Positions 21,167 to 29,738 of a stretch of DNA of 51,322 nucleotides are shown in pieces. Where the stretch lies: the NCBI GenBank assembly GCA_039679815.1, contig JBDKUG010000191.1, forward strand, positions 1 through 51,322, in the 5' to 3' direction. Numbering within the stretch: the first letter of the stretch is position 1; each line of letters opens with the position of its first letter. The DNA comes from Smithella sp. Its GTDB lineage: Bacteria > Desulfobacterota > Syntrophia > Syntrophales > Smithellaceae. The position numbers and the translations under genes are program-made. The notes under the pieces are model-generated. The model was not told where the DNA came from. It searched no databases and was given only the letters and a program-made list of their open reading frames with translations.

Positions 21167-22705
21167 GTGGCAAGAAGCTTTCCATTTTTCAAAAAAGGAA
21201 AAAATCCGGCATTAAAATTAAATTATTCTTTACGGAAACACACCGGTTGTGTTACGGAGAAACAAAGGGTGCGGTGTGAATATCATGACGCAATTACAGA
21301 AATTTCCACAGGTTTTAGAAAATTGAAACTCACGATCAGCCGCAAATTGTTGCTGGGTTATTTGTTCATGGCTTTTTTGACCATACTGGCCAGCGCTTAT
21401 GCGTTGTTCAGCCTGCAGCGACTCAGTGGTGTGGCGTATAATCTTGCCACACAGAAATTTGTTCTGGTTGAAAATTCAAAAACGCTGATGGATACACTTT
21501 TGGCCCAGGAAGGTGTTGAAAAGAAATACCTGATCCTGAAAGACCCCCTTCTGGAACAGATCTTCTGGCAGCGCAGCAGTGAATTTAATGAGGTGCTGAC
21601 GGGGATGCACAATGGAAGTCTTGACCCGAAAACAAAAAAAACCGTTGATGAACTGGACAAACTGCAGAATCGCTTAAAGAAGTTGTTTTCAGAAGAAATT
21701 GTTTTGCTGAAAAGCGGCAAAATGCCGGAAGCGCAGGCCCTTTCCGATATGTCGGCCAGAGCCACGGTTGATGAGATGGCGTCAAAGATCAGATATATCC
21801 AAATCAATGTGGATCAGGCCATCACTGATGAAATGAACAGGATTGCCCAGCAGGGTATAAAAGATACGCACATGACCATTGGCATTGCCTTGTTCAGCTT
21901 GATCCTGGGCATTGCCTTCGCGCTGATCCTGACTCGCAATATTTCCAAGCCTCTGAAACAGCTGCAAACGGCCGCGGGAATCATTGCGGAAGGCAACCTG
22001 GATCATAAAATAGAAGCAAGACGGGATGATGAGATTGGCGCGCTGGCCAAATCTTTTGCCGAAATGACCCAGAGGCTCAAAGAGCTGGAAGAGCTGAACC
22101 TCGATGCCAGCCCGCTTACCGGTCTGCCGGGAAACCTGGCTATAGAAAACAGGATCGAACAGATGATGGCGGAGGGGAAAAGATTCTCTCTGTGTCAGGT
22201 GGATCTTGATAATTTCAAGCCGTTTGCCGATAATTATGGATATGCATGGGGCAGCGAAGTGATCAAAGAAGTAGCCAGTTTGCTTACAGGATACATCAGC
22301 GACGAGCAGATGAAAGGAATATTTATCGGCCATATCGGCGGAGATGATTTTGTCGTCATCGGCAATCCGGATCAGGTCCAGAGCATCTGCCGGAAACTGG
22401 TGGTTGATTTTGAAAAGAGCATCATGAGTTATTACGCAAGAGAGGATGCGGAAAACGGATATTTTATCGGGAAAAACCGTCAGGGAATGATGCAGAAATT
22501 CCCGCTAATTACCATTACGGCGGCGATTGTCACAGATGATGGATCGCGTTTTAAAAATCCGCTGGATATGGCCAGAATGGCCGCGGAGTTGAAGGAATAC
22601 GCAAAAATGTTGCCCGGCAGCAATTATGTAACGGAACAAGATGTAGAAAAGAGACGATTATTGCAACCGAAGACCCTGCAAAGCACGCTGGAGCTTGACT
22701 CATGA
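21167..22705 (+). CDS. membrane sensor with HAMP domain and a divergent GGDEF-like domain (GGDDF)
   Basis: Two hydrophobic segments flank a ~150-aa sensor region. A HAMP-like segment (...ISKPLKQLQTAAGIIAEGNLDHKIEARRDDEIGALAKSFAEM...) is followed by PLTGLPGN...VDLDNFKPFADNYGY...GHIGGDDFVVIG. The start codon is uncertain (GTG 21167). Confidence 0.7.
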   Translation: MARSFPFFKKGKNPALKLNYSLRKHTGCVTEKQRVRCEYHDAITEISTGFRKLKLTISRKLLLGYLFMAFLTILASAYALFSLQRLSGVAYNLATQKFVLVENSKTLMDTLLAQEGVEKKYLILKDPLLEQIFWQRSSEFNEVLTGMHNGSLDPKTKKTVDELDKLQNRLKKLFSEEIVLLKSGKMPEAQALSDMSARATVDEMASKIRYIQINVDQAITDEMNRIAQQGIKDTHMTIGIALFSLILGIAFALILTRNISKPLKQLQTAAGIIAEGNLDHKIEARRDDEIGALAKSFAEMTQRLKELEELNLDASPLTGLPGNLAIENRIEQMMAEGKRFSLCQVDLDNFKPFADNYGYAWGSEVIKEVASLLTGYISDEQMKGIFIGHIGGDDFVVIGNPDQVQSICRKLVVDFEKSIMSYYAREDAENGYFIGKNRQGMMQKFPLITITAAIVTDDGSRFKNPLDMARMAAELKEYAKMLPGSNYVTEQDVEKRRLLQPKTLQSTLELDS

Positions 22706-23226
22706 TCATCCATTTGAAAAGATTGATTTGTTTGGCAGTGCTTACCGTAATTTTACTGGGTTGCGCAACAACCGGCGGAATCAGTAACAATACAGATCAA
22801 AAAGATACCAATCAGCATTCAAACGGCTTTTTCAGCATAAAACCCTCAGACAAAGAAATCTTCACGGAGGCGCTGTCCTTTTTGAGCAATGACGGAAAAG
22901 AACCGCAATACAATGAGGCAAAAATAAGACTGGAAAATTTGATCCAGCAATATCCAAAAAGTAAATGGACCGACGCCGCGAAGGCTTTGCTTATCAGTCT
23001 GAACAGGATTTCCGAACTGGAACTAAAACAGGAACAGGCAGAACAAAAGCAGGAAAAACTTACGCATGATTTGGCGGCGTTAAGCAACAAAAGCAGACAG
23101 ACGGAAGAAAGACATACATCTGAAATATCAAGATTGCAGCAGGAAAATGAAGAACTTGCAAAAGGGCTTCAGCAATTGAAGAACCTGGAAATTCAGCTGG
23201 AAAAAAGAAAAAAGAGACGGCGTTGA
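22702..23226 (+). CDS. lipoprotein with a coiled-coil C-terminal half (hypothetical)
   Basis: The signal peptide plus lipobox is ...VLTVILLGC. The C-terminal half is Q/E/K-rich heptad-like sequence. The start ATGA overlaps the stop of the GGDEF-like gene. Confidence 0.6.
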   Translation: MIIHLKRLICLAVLTVILLGCATTGGISNNTDQKDTNQHSNGFFSIKPSDKEIFTEALSFLSNDGKEPQYNEAKIRLENLIQQYPKSKWTDAAKALLISLNRISELELKQEQAEQKQEKLTHDLAALSNKSRQTEERHTSEISRLQQENEELAKGLQQLKNLEIQLEKRKKRRR

Positions 23227-23230
23227 TCTT

Positions 23231-23779
23231 TCAAGCCGGCCAGGAAAAATTCACGACGTTGTTTAGATGGTTGCGGGCCAGCATGATGCCCAAAACCGTT
23301 TTGGCGTCATTCAATTCGCCGCTTTTCAAAAGTTCGGCAGCCCGTGCAAAACTGACCGGTATGACTTCAATGCATTCGTCTTCATCCGGCGTCAGCGGTG
23401 CGTAAACCAGATCCTGTGCCAGGAAAAAATGCATAAATTCATTGCAGTAACCAGGCAGAAGGTATCCGGCAAAAAGCTTTGTCAGTTTCCCGGCCCGATA
23501 CCCTGTTTCTTCGGCAAGCTCCCATTGTGCGCAGTTTACAGGCGATTCGCCGTCGTCATCAAACGAGCCGGCCGGAATTTCCAGAAGGTTTTGTCCCGTC
23601 GGGACACGGAATTGTCTGATCAGCAGAAGCTCATTGTGTGCGTTGACTGCAACAATTGCGACGGTTGGTTTATGGTCAATCCAGCTTTGCCGCGTTTTTT
23701 TACCCGTGGCAAGTTCAATTTCTTCTTCCCAGACGGTGAATATTTTACAGGTATAGGATTTTTCCTTGTGCTTTCCCAT
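23231..23779 (-). CDS. NUDIX hydrolase (ADP-ribose pyrophosphatase-like)
   Basis: The Nudix box region is ...GSFDDDGESPVNCAQWELAEETGY... The ATG at 23779 avoids overlap with the upstream thioredoxin gene; the ORF track extends to 23953. Confidence 0.8.
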   Translation of the reverse strand: MGKHKEKSYTCKIFTVWEEEIELATGKKTRQSWIDHKPTVAIVAVNAHNELLLIRQFRVPTGQNLLEIPAGSFDDDGESPVNCAQWELAEETGYRAGKLTKLFAGYLLPGYCNEFMHFFLAQDLVYAPLTPDEDECIEVIPVSFARAAELLKSGELNDAKTVLGIMLARNHLNNVVNFSWPA

Positions 23780-23795
23780 GGACAGCTTTTCCACA

Positions 23796-24353
23796 TTAGT
23801 TTGTTTTAATGATGGCGAGAAGATGCTTCTCAATTTCCTGTTTCGGTTGGGCGCCCACAAGGCGTTCCACGAGTCTTCCTTCCCGGAAAAAAAGCAAGGT
23901 GGGAATGCTGCGAATTCCATACTGGGTTGCGGTAACCGGATTTTCGTCCACATTCAGTTTGACGACTTTGACGCCGTTGGCATAATCGGACGCGAGTTCG
24001 TCAATGACAGGAGCAAGGCTTTTGCAGGGGCCGCACCAGGGGGCCCAGCAATCGACAAGAACGGAAGTTTCAGTGGTCAGCACTTCACGGGTAAACGAAT
24101 CATCGGTGACATCGACAGGTTTGATGTCCTGCTTGGCGATAACAAGCGGTTCACCGCATTTGCCGCAAAGCGGTTTTGCATTGAGGCGCTCTTCAGGCAT
24201 CCGGTTTTTCGTTCCGCATTTCAGGCATCGGATAATCAGGTCATCCAGGGGAGCGTGGCAATTGCCGCATGTTGGACGGCCCTGAAACTTCTGTTTCGGT
24301 ATGCGATTTTTGGTACCGCAGTTCAGGCAGCGGATAATGACATTGTCCGGCAT
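23796..24353 (-). CDS. trxC: thioredoxin with two N-terminal zinc-ribbon modules (TrxC/Trx2-like)
   Basis: Active site WAPWCGPCK. The N-terminus carries [14 protein letters not shown]...[10 protein letters not shown] and then [14 protein letters not shown]...[10 protein letters not shown]. Confidence 0.85.
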   Translation of the reverse strand: MPDNVIIRCLNCGTKNRIPKQKFQGRPTCGNCHAPLDDLIIRCLKCGTKNRMPEERLNAKPLCGKCGEPLVIAKQDIKPVDVTDDSFTREVLTTETSVLVDCWAPWCGPCKSLAPVIDELASDYANGVKVVKLNVDENPVTATQYGIRSIPTLLFFREGRLVERLVGAQPKQEIEKHLLAIIKTN

Positions 24354-24409
24354 AAATATCCCCTCAAAACTATTAAAATATTATCTCTTTTTTTATCCAA
24401 AAAGGCAAA

Positions 24410-24892
24410 TTATATCGCAACACTGACTTCACGGGGCTCCAGAATGCGAACCAGCTCGGAGGGCGGCATTTTTGCGAGCAAACCCCGGGATCCGGCATTG
24501 ATAAATATTTCGGACAAGTCAGCGATGGTCTTTTCCATGCAAACAGTCAATGGTTTCCTGGTTCCGAACGGGGATGTCCCTCCCACCATGTAGCCGGTGT
24601 GTTTGTGAGCGGTTTCCGGTTTACAGGGTGTGATGGATTTTACTCCCAGTACGCGGGCCAGCGCTTTTGTGGAGACTTCCTTATCCCCGTGCATCAGGAT
24701 GATAAGCGGTTTGGCGGTTTCATCTTCCATTACCAGAGTCTTAATTATGAAATGCTCATCGACACCAAGTCTGGCAGATGATACCCGGGTTCCCCCTTTA
24801 TCCTCATATTTATAGGAATGCAGTGTAAAAACTGCGTTATTTGCTTTTAAGGCCAGAATAGCCGGTGTTGTTGGAATCTTCTCCTTCGACAT
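24410..24892 (-). CDS. ybaK: Cys-tRNA(Pro)/Cys-tRNA(Cys) deacylase YbaK
   Basis: 160-aa ORF with ...TPAI..L......F.LH.Y.....G...........G.....IKTLV...........HGD.EVS.K.LA... and ...GYMVGGTSPFG..K.L... Confidence 0.85.
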   Translation of the reverse strand: MSKEKIPTTPAILALKANNAVFTLHSYKYEDKGGTRVSSARLGVDEHFIIKTLVMEDETAKPLIILMHGDKEVSTKALARVLGVKSITPCKPETAHKHTGYMVGGTSPFGTRKPLTVCMEKTIADLSEIFINAGSRGLLAKMPPSELVRILEPREVSVAI

Positions 24893-24953
24893 AAAGTAAT
24901 TATAATGATGGTCGATTAGAAAGGCAAGAGGGGAGAAAAGAAGGATAAAGAAT

Positions 24954-25094
24954 CCAGGTGCAAGGTTAAAGGTTAAAGGAGCAAGGTAAAAAAGAAAGGC
25001 GCTAAAACGCCGTCAATAAAAAAGCCGCCGCTCCGAAGGAGCATGCGGCTCACAAAGTAATCCTTGTTCCTTTTCCCTTTTCCCTTGATCCTTG
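24954..25094. repeat. imperfect purine-rich/pyrimidine-rich inverted repeat enclosing a terminator
   Basis: Arm 1 is CCAGGTGCAAGGTTAAAGGTTAAAGGAGCAAGG (24954-24986). Arm 2 is CCTTGTTCCTTTTCCCTTTTCCCTTGATCCTTG (25062-25094). Most positions are complementary, and each arm contains an internal tandem 7-mer. Confidence 0.45.
25015..25049 (-). terminator. intrinsic terminator of the decarboxylase gene
   Basis: On the minus strand the hairpin is GCCGC-AT-GCTCC-TTC-GGAGC-G-GCGGC, followed by TTTTTTATT. It lies about 50 nt after the stop at 25099. Confidence 0.65.
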
Positions 25095-25098
25095 TCTT

Positions 25099-26364
25099 TC
25101 AGACCTTGAATCTTTTTAATCCTATAAAATCCAGTGTTGCAAAATAGTCCTTCACCGTTTCGGCACGGCGTATGGGTACCACGGACCCGTCTTCTCTGAG
25201 AAGCAGCTCGGCGGAACGGAGTTTGCCGTTATAATTGAAGCCCATGGCATGGCCATGCGCTCCCGCATCATGGATTACCACAATATCACCCGGTGCAAGT
25301 TTGGGTAGCTTGCGGTCAATGGCAAATTTGTCGTTGTTTTCGCAAAGTGATCCGGTAACGTCATACATAAAATCATAGGGATGCTTTTCTTTGCCCAAAA
25401 CGGTGATGTGATGATAAGCGCCATAGAGAGCCGGCCGCATCAGGTTGGCCATGCAGGCACCGAGACCTGCGAATTGTTTGTAAGTGTCTTTGATATGCAG
25501 GACTTTTGAAATGAGATAGCCATAGGGCCCTGTGATGTAACGTCCGCATTCGGTGAAGATTTTCAGAGGTGCAAAACCGCCTCCGACAATAATTTGGTCA
25601 TATTTTTCCTTGATGCCCCGGTTCATGGCCGGCAGGTCAATGCGATCCTGCTCGGGCCGGTAGGGGATGCCGATCCCTCCGCTCAGATTGGCGAATTCGA
25701 AACGGATATTCAGAGAACGGGAAATATCAACAATCACTTTAAAAAGAATATCAGCTGTTTCGACAAAATAGTTCGGATCAAGTTCGTTAGAGGCCACAAA
25801 GATGTGAATACCGAAACGTTTGATACCCTTATCCCTGCAGATGCGGTAGCCCTCAAAGAGCTGGTCGCGCGTAAATCCGTACTTGGATTCTTCAGGATGG
25901 CCGATAATCACATTGCCTTTCTTAAGCGGGCCGGGATTGTAGCGGAAACAGATCATGTCGGGAAGACCGGCATTTTTTTCCAGGTATGCGATATGGGAAA
26001 AGTCGTCCAGATTGATCGTAGCGTTCAGCTTCCTTGCTTTAACAAATTCTTCGGCCGGAGTGTCATTGGAGGAAAACATGATTTCCTCACCGGTGAAGCC
26101 GGTTTTTTCCGCCATCACCAGTTCCGCCAGTGAACTGCAGTCCGCGCCGAATCCTTCGGCATGAAGAATTTTCATGATATATGGATTGGGACAGGCCTTG
26201 ACTGCGAAGTATTCTTTGAATCCCTTATTCCATGCAAAGGCCTTTTTGAAGTCGCGCGCATTCTTCCGGATGGCTTTTTCATCATATATATGGAAGGGAG
26301 TCGGATATTTTTCGATGATTGTGTCCATCTGTTTTTTGGTAAAGAACAGTCTTTTTTCCGGCAT
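25099..26364 (-). CDS. lysA: PLP-dependent group IV decarboxylase, diaminopimelate decarboxylase-like
   Basis: Contains ...YPTPFHIYDE.AIR.N...F..AF......KEYFAVKACPNP.I...L...G.GADCSS..EL...SGGIGIPY...CENND.F... The ATG at 26364 has a GGGAGA RBS. Substrate was not verified. Confidence 0.7.
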   Translation of the reverse strand: MPEKRLFFTKKQMDTIIEKYPTPFHIYDEKAIRKNARDFKKAFAWNKGFKEYFAVKACPNPYIMKILHAEGFGADCSSLAELVMAEKTGFTGEEIMFSSNDTPAEEFVKARKLNATINLDDFSHIAYLEKNAGLPDMICFRYNPGPLKKGNVIIGHPEESKYGFTRDQLFEGYRICRDKGIKRFGIHIFVASNELDPNYFVETADILFKVIVDISRSLNIRFEFANLSGGIGIPYRPEQDRIDLPAMNRGIKEKYDQIIVGGGFAPLKIFTECGRYITGPYGYLISKVLHIKDTYKQFAGLGACMANLMRPALYGAYHHITVLGKEKHPYDFMYDVTGSLCENNDKFAIDRKLPKLAPGDIVVIHDAGAHGHAMGFNYNGKLRSAELLLREDGSVVPIRRAETVKDYFATLDFIGLKRFKV

Positions 26365-26455
26365 ACATTTGTCTCCCGCATTCAATTTGTCATGAACATT
26401 TACGGTAAAACCTTGAATTTATCAATGGTATTTTTAAAAACGACCGAAAGCATAT

Positions 26456-27457
26456 TTATTGGAAAAAATAATGAACGGAAAAGTAAATGGCTGCGGAGAT
26501 AACGGCGGAGATGGGTATGGTCAAAAGCCAGGCCCAAATGATATTACCAGCAACGCCCCAGCGGACGGCGGAAAGCCTTTTAGTGGCGCCGACACCGACA
26601 ATTGCGCCGGTGATGGTGTGGGTGGTGCTGACCGGAATACCCGCCACAGTTGCACCGATGATTGAGCAGGCAGCAGCTGTTTCGGCGCTGAAACCGCCGA
26701 TGGGTTCAAGCTTGGTTATTTTAGTTCCCATTGTTTTCACGATTCGCCACCCGCCAAGCATGGTGCCCAGAGAAATCATCGAATAGCAGACGATAATCAC
26801 CCAGACGGGAATATGAAAGGTATTGCCAAGCAACCCTTTGCTGAAAAGCGCCATGGCGATGATCCCCATGGTTTTTTGCGCATCATTCATACCGTGTGAT
26901 AACGAATAAACCGCTGCGGATAAGAGCTGAAGTTTCCGAAAAATAAAGTCCGATTTAGCAATAGTGGAATTGCGACTCAGATTCATGGCCAGAACCATGA
27001 AAACAAAACCCAACGCCATGCCGAGTGCCGGTGAAACAATGATAAAAAGCGTTGTTTTCGTAATGCCCGACCAGACCAGAGTTCCAGTGCCGGCTTTGGA
27101 TACCGCCGCTCCGATCAGGCCGCCAATCAATGCATGCGACGAACTGCTGGGCAATCCGTAATACCACGTCACAATATTCCAGATGATTGCCCCGCCCAGA
27201 GCGGACAGAATGACAAGATTATCGACAATGTCGATATGGATGATGCCTTTGCCGACGGTGTGGGCGACCTCCGTGCCTACAAAAAAAACGGCAGCAAAAT
27301 TAAAAAAAGCAGCCCAGATGACAGCATGTTTTGGTGAAAGAACACGAGTGGACACAACAGTGGAAATGGAATTGGCTGAATCATGAAACCCGTTTAGAAA
27401 ATCAAAAATCAGCGCAATTGCCACCAGGACAAAAACAAATGCCATCGAATCAAGCAT
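26456..27457 (-). CDS. inorganic phosphate transporter, PiT family
   Basis: 333-aa polytopic ORF with N-terminal ...FDFLNGFHDSANSI.T.VSTR.L and a second ...SHGMNDAQKTMGII... repeat. Confidence 0.85.
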   Translation of the reverse strand: MLDSMAFVFVLVAIALIFDFLNGFHDSANSISTVVSTRVLSPKHAVIWAAFFNFAAVFFVGTEVAHTVGKGIIHIDIVDNLVILSALGGAIIWNIVTWYYGLPSSSSHALIGGLIGAAVSKAGTGTLVWSGITKTTLFIIVSPALGMALGFVFMVLAMNLSRNSTIAKSDFIFRKLQLLSAAVYSLSHGMNDAQKTMGIIAMALFSKGLLGNTFHIPVWVIIVCYSMISLGTMLGGWRIVKTMGTKITKLEPIGGFSAETAAACSIIGATVAGIPVSTTHTITGAIVGVGATKRLSAVRWGVAGNIIWAWLLTIPISAVISAAIYFSVHYFFQ

Positions 27458-28070
27458 GTTTCAGGACGATCCCTTCCACGGTGTTGGACACATCTTCACA
27501 AACATCAATTGCTTCTTCGATCCGCTCAAAGATTTCTTTCCACTTAATCAACTCAATGGCGTCTTTTTCTTTGATGAAGAGATCGGTAATGATGCTTCTT
27601 AAAACAACATCGCCGGCATTTTCCAGGGTGTTGATTTCCACGCAACCGTCAAGAATCATTTTGGAGTTTTTCATGTCGCGCAAACCGTGAATGATCTCTT
27701 TGATTTTTTTTATGGCCTGAAAAAGGATTTCCGCCTGCTTGATGATTTCATCATCCGGCTTTTTGACCTTATACATGTGAATGCGGATGGCGGTGGCTTC
27801 GATGACGTCCATAATGCTGTCCATCTTATTGACCAGGGCATAAATATCTTCACGGTCGATCGGCGTCAGGAAGGTCTTGTGCATTCTTTCATACGTTTTA
27901 TGCGTAATGCCATCCGCTTCATGCTCAATTTCTTTGAGACGGGAAACTTTTTCGGCGGAATAATCGCGATTTTTGGTCATTTCAAGAAAGAATTGGCCGC
28001 CTTCTTCAATTTTGTCGGCCAGCTCTTCAAAGTAATTAAAGAAATTTTCTTCTTTAGGAAACAGGCGCAT
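27450..28070 (-). CDS. DUF47/TIGR00153 PhoU-like putative phosphate transport regulator
   Basis: 206-aa helical ORF starting MRLFPKEENFFNYFEELADKI... Its 3' end overlaps the PiT start by 8 nt, the usual PiT partner arrangement. Confidence 0.75.
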   Translation of the reverse strand: MRLFPKEENFFNYFEELADKIEEGGQFFLEMTKNRDYSAEKVSRLKEIEHEADGITHKTYERMHKTFLTPIDREDIYALVNKMDSIMDVIEATAIRIHMYKVKKPDDEIIKQAEILFQAIKKIKEIIHGLRDMKNSKMILDGCVEINTLENAGDVVLRSIITDLFIKEKDAIELIKWKEIFERIEEAIDVCEDVSNTVEGIVLKHA

Positions 28071-28198
28071 AAGCAGATTCTCCTTTTTTCCTCAGATATG
28101 CATTTGGACATCTTAAAGTCAGGAGTGCTCTAGCGAATTATCGGGGAAAATGCAAGGACTTATGAGAATTCCAACGGGGGGTTCCGCCTTAATATTTG

Positions 28199-28684
28199 TT
28201 ATTTAAGGACTTTGGAGTAAATAATTTTACTGTCACCGGGAGCATAAAAGTCTTTGAGAGTTGCTTCGGCAATATATCCGCAGTTTTGATAAAAACGCTG
28301 AGTAGATGCGTATTGAGAGCGCGAAGATGTTTCTGCATACAGGCGTTTGCCGTCCATGCCGCGGATGAGGTCTTCTGTTTTTTGCAGGAGCATTGTGCCC
28401 AGTTTTTTGCCGCGTGAGACTTCAGACACGGCAATCCAGTAAAGATCGTAGCTGGCAGCGGTGGCCGGTATCAAGCCGTAACAGGTATATCCGACAACCT
28501 GACCATGATTTTCGGCAAACAGGAATTGATAGGAACTCCGCTGTCCGTTTTCAAGCCGATCTGTGGCCAGTTCACATGCCAGTTCCACTTCCGCCGTGGA
28601 AAAGAAGCCGCTCGACTGAACGATATTTAAGATAGCCCCCAGATCTGAAGGTACTATCTCCTGTCTGTAAAGCAGGGCGATCAT
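28199..28684 (-). CDS. GNAT-family N-acetyltransferase
   Basis: 161-aa ORF. The acetyl-CoA binding segment ...IAVSEVSRGKKLGTMLLQK.E... matches the R/Q-x-x-G-x-G/A pattern. It is the last gene of the kamA operon. Confidence 0.75.
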   Translation of the reverse strand: MIALLYRQEIVPSDLGAILNIVQSSGFFSTAEVELACELATDRLENGQRSSYQFLFAENHGQVVGYTCYGLIPATAASYDLYWIAVSEVSRGKKLGTMLLQKTEDLIRGMDGKRLYAETSSRSQYASTQRFYQNCGYIAEATLKDFYAPGDSKIIYSKVLK

Positions 28685-28714
28685 AAGGATCCTCCGTTAT
28701 TGGGAATACGGATG

Positions 28715-29698
28715 CTATTGGATGGCGCTCCGAATGATTTTATCGATCGCATCAACATAACCGATCGAGGCCTGTTCCAGGGCGGCGGCAAACCCCGCAT
28801 CCGGAGACAGGCAGGGATTGGCATTAATTTCCAGAACAAGTGGATTCCCCTGTTGATCAATGCGGAAATCTATGCGGGCGTATCCGCGCAGACCGAATAG
28901 ATGCCAGATCGCAAGAGCAATATCCCTCAAGGAGCCAACGAGGGCGGTATCATGAGGACCCATATCAAAAGAGCGTATTGTATTGTCATATTCAAATGAG
29001 TCTTCAACCCATTTGGCACGGTAATCGAGAAATTTTAATTTTCCTGCCGGGAAATTCTGAAAAAGGATTTCCGCAGCCGGCAGAATCTGTACATCCCCGC
29101 CGGCAGCCATAAGGGTGATATTGAATTCACGGCCGTCAATGTAGGCTTCGGCAAAACAGTCCATGCCGAGAGTTTGCCCGCGATTCTGCAGGGTGTTGAG
29201 CAGGATTTCACGGTTTGTTGTCTGAAGGACGGCTCCGCCATCAAGACCCACGGAAGCATCCTCCCAGGACGGCTTTACAATATAAGTATCGGTATCGGTA
29301 TGACCGATAGCGATGCCTTCGGAGGTCAGCCATGGCGGTGTGGCAATGCCGGCACCCTGCAGCATTTGTTTCGCGAGCGGTTTATTGGATGTCAAAAACA
29401 TGGCATCCGTCCTGCAGCCCGTGTAGGGAATCTGCAGGAAATCCAAGAGCGCTGTGGCGAAGTAAACCATGCTGCCCCTTCCGGCAAAGGTTTCTACAAG
29501 ATTGAACACGACATCCGGCTGAAGAGCGCGGAGTCTGGCGATCGTTTCATTGAAATCCATCCCAAAGGGAAGCATGACTGTTTCGTAGCCCAGCGAGAGC
29601 GCCGCCTCGCTGACGCTTTCGGCCTGCTTCAGGCAATCGAGCTCGTCAATGCCCGCGTTCGGGGCCACGTCTGTATGCAAAATGACAATTCGTTTCAT
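28715..29698 (-). CDS. D-alanine--D-alanine ligase-like ATP-grasp enzyme (paralogue 1)
   Basis: 327-aa ORF with ...VVFNLVETFAGRGSMVYFATALLDFLQIPYTGC...NK...K..L...GI.TPP...IVKPSWEDASVGL...REF.I.L...YARIDFR.D..GNP.VLEINANP... Confidence 0.75.
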   Translation of the reverse strand: MKRIVILHTDVAPNAGIDELDCLKQAESVSEAALSLGYETVMLPFGMDFNETIARLRALQPDVVFNLVETFAGRGSMVYFATALLDFLQIPYTGCRTDAMFLTSNKPLAKQMLQGAGIATPPWLTSEGIAIGHTDTDTYIVKPSWEDASVGLDGGAVLQTTNREILLNTLQNRGQTLGMDCFAEAYIDGREFNITLMAAGGDVQILPAAEILFQNFPAGKLKFLDYRAKWVEDSFEYDNTIRSFDMGPHDTALVGSLRDIALAIWHLFGLRGYARIDFRIDQQGNPLVLEINANPCLSPDAGFAAALEQASIGYVDAIDKIIRSAIQ

Positions 29699-29738
29699 GA
29701 GGGATTCTTCCGTCCGCCGGAATTTTGAGTTCGGCCTT

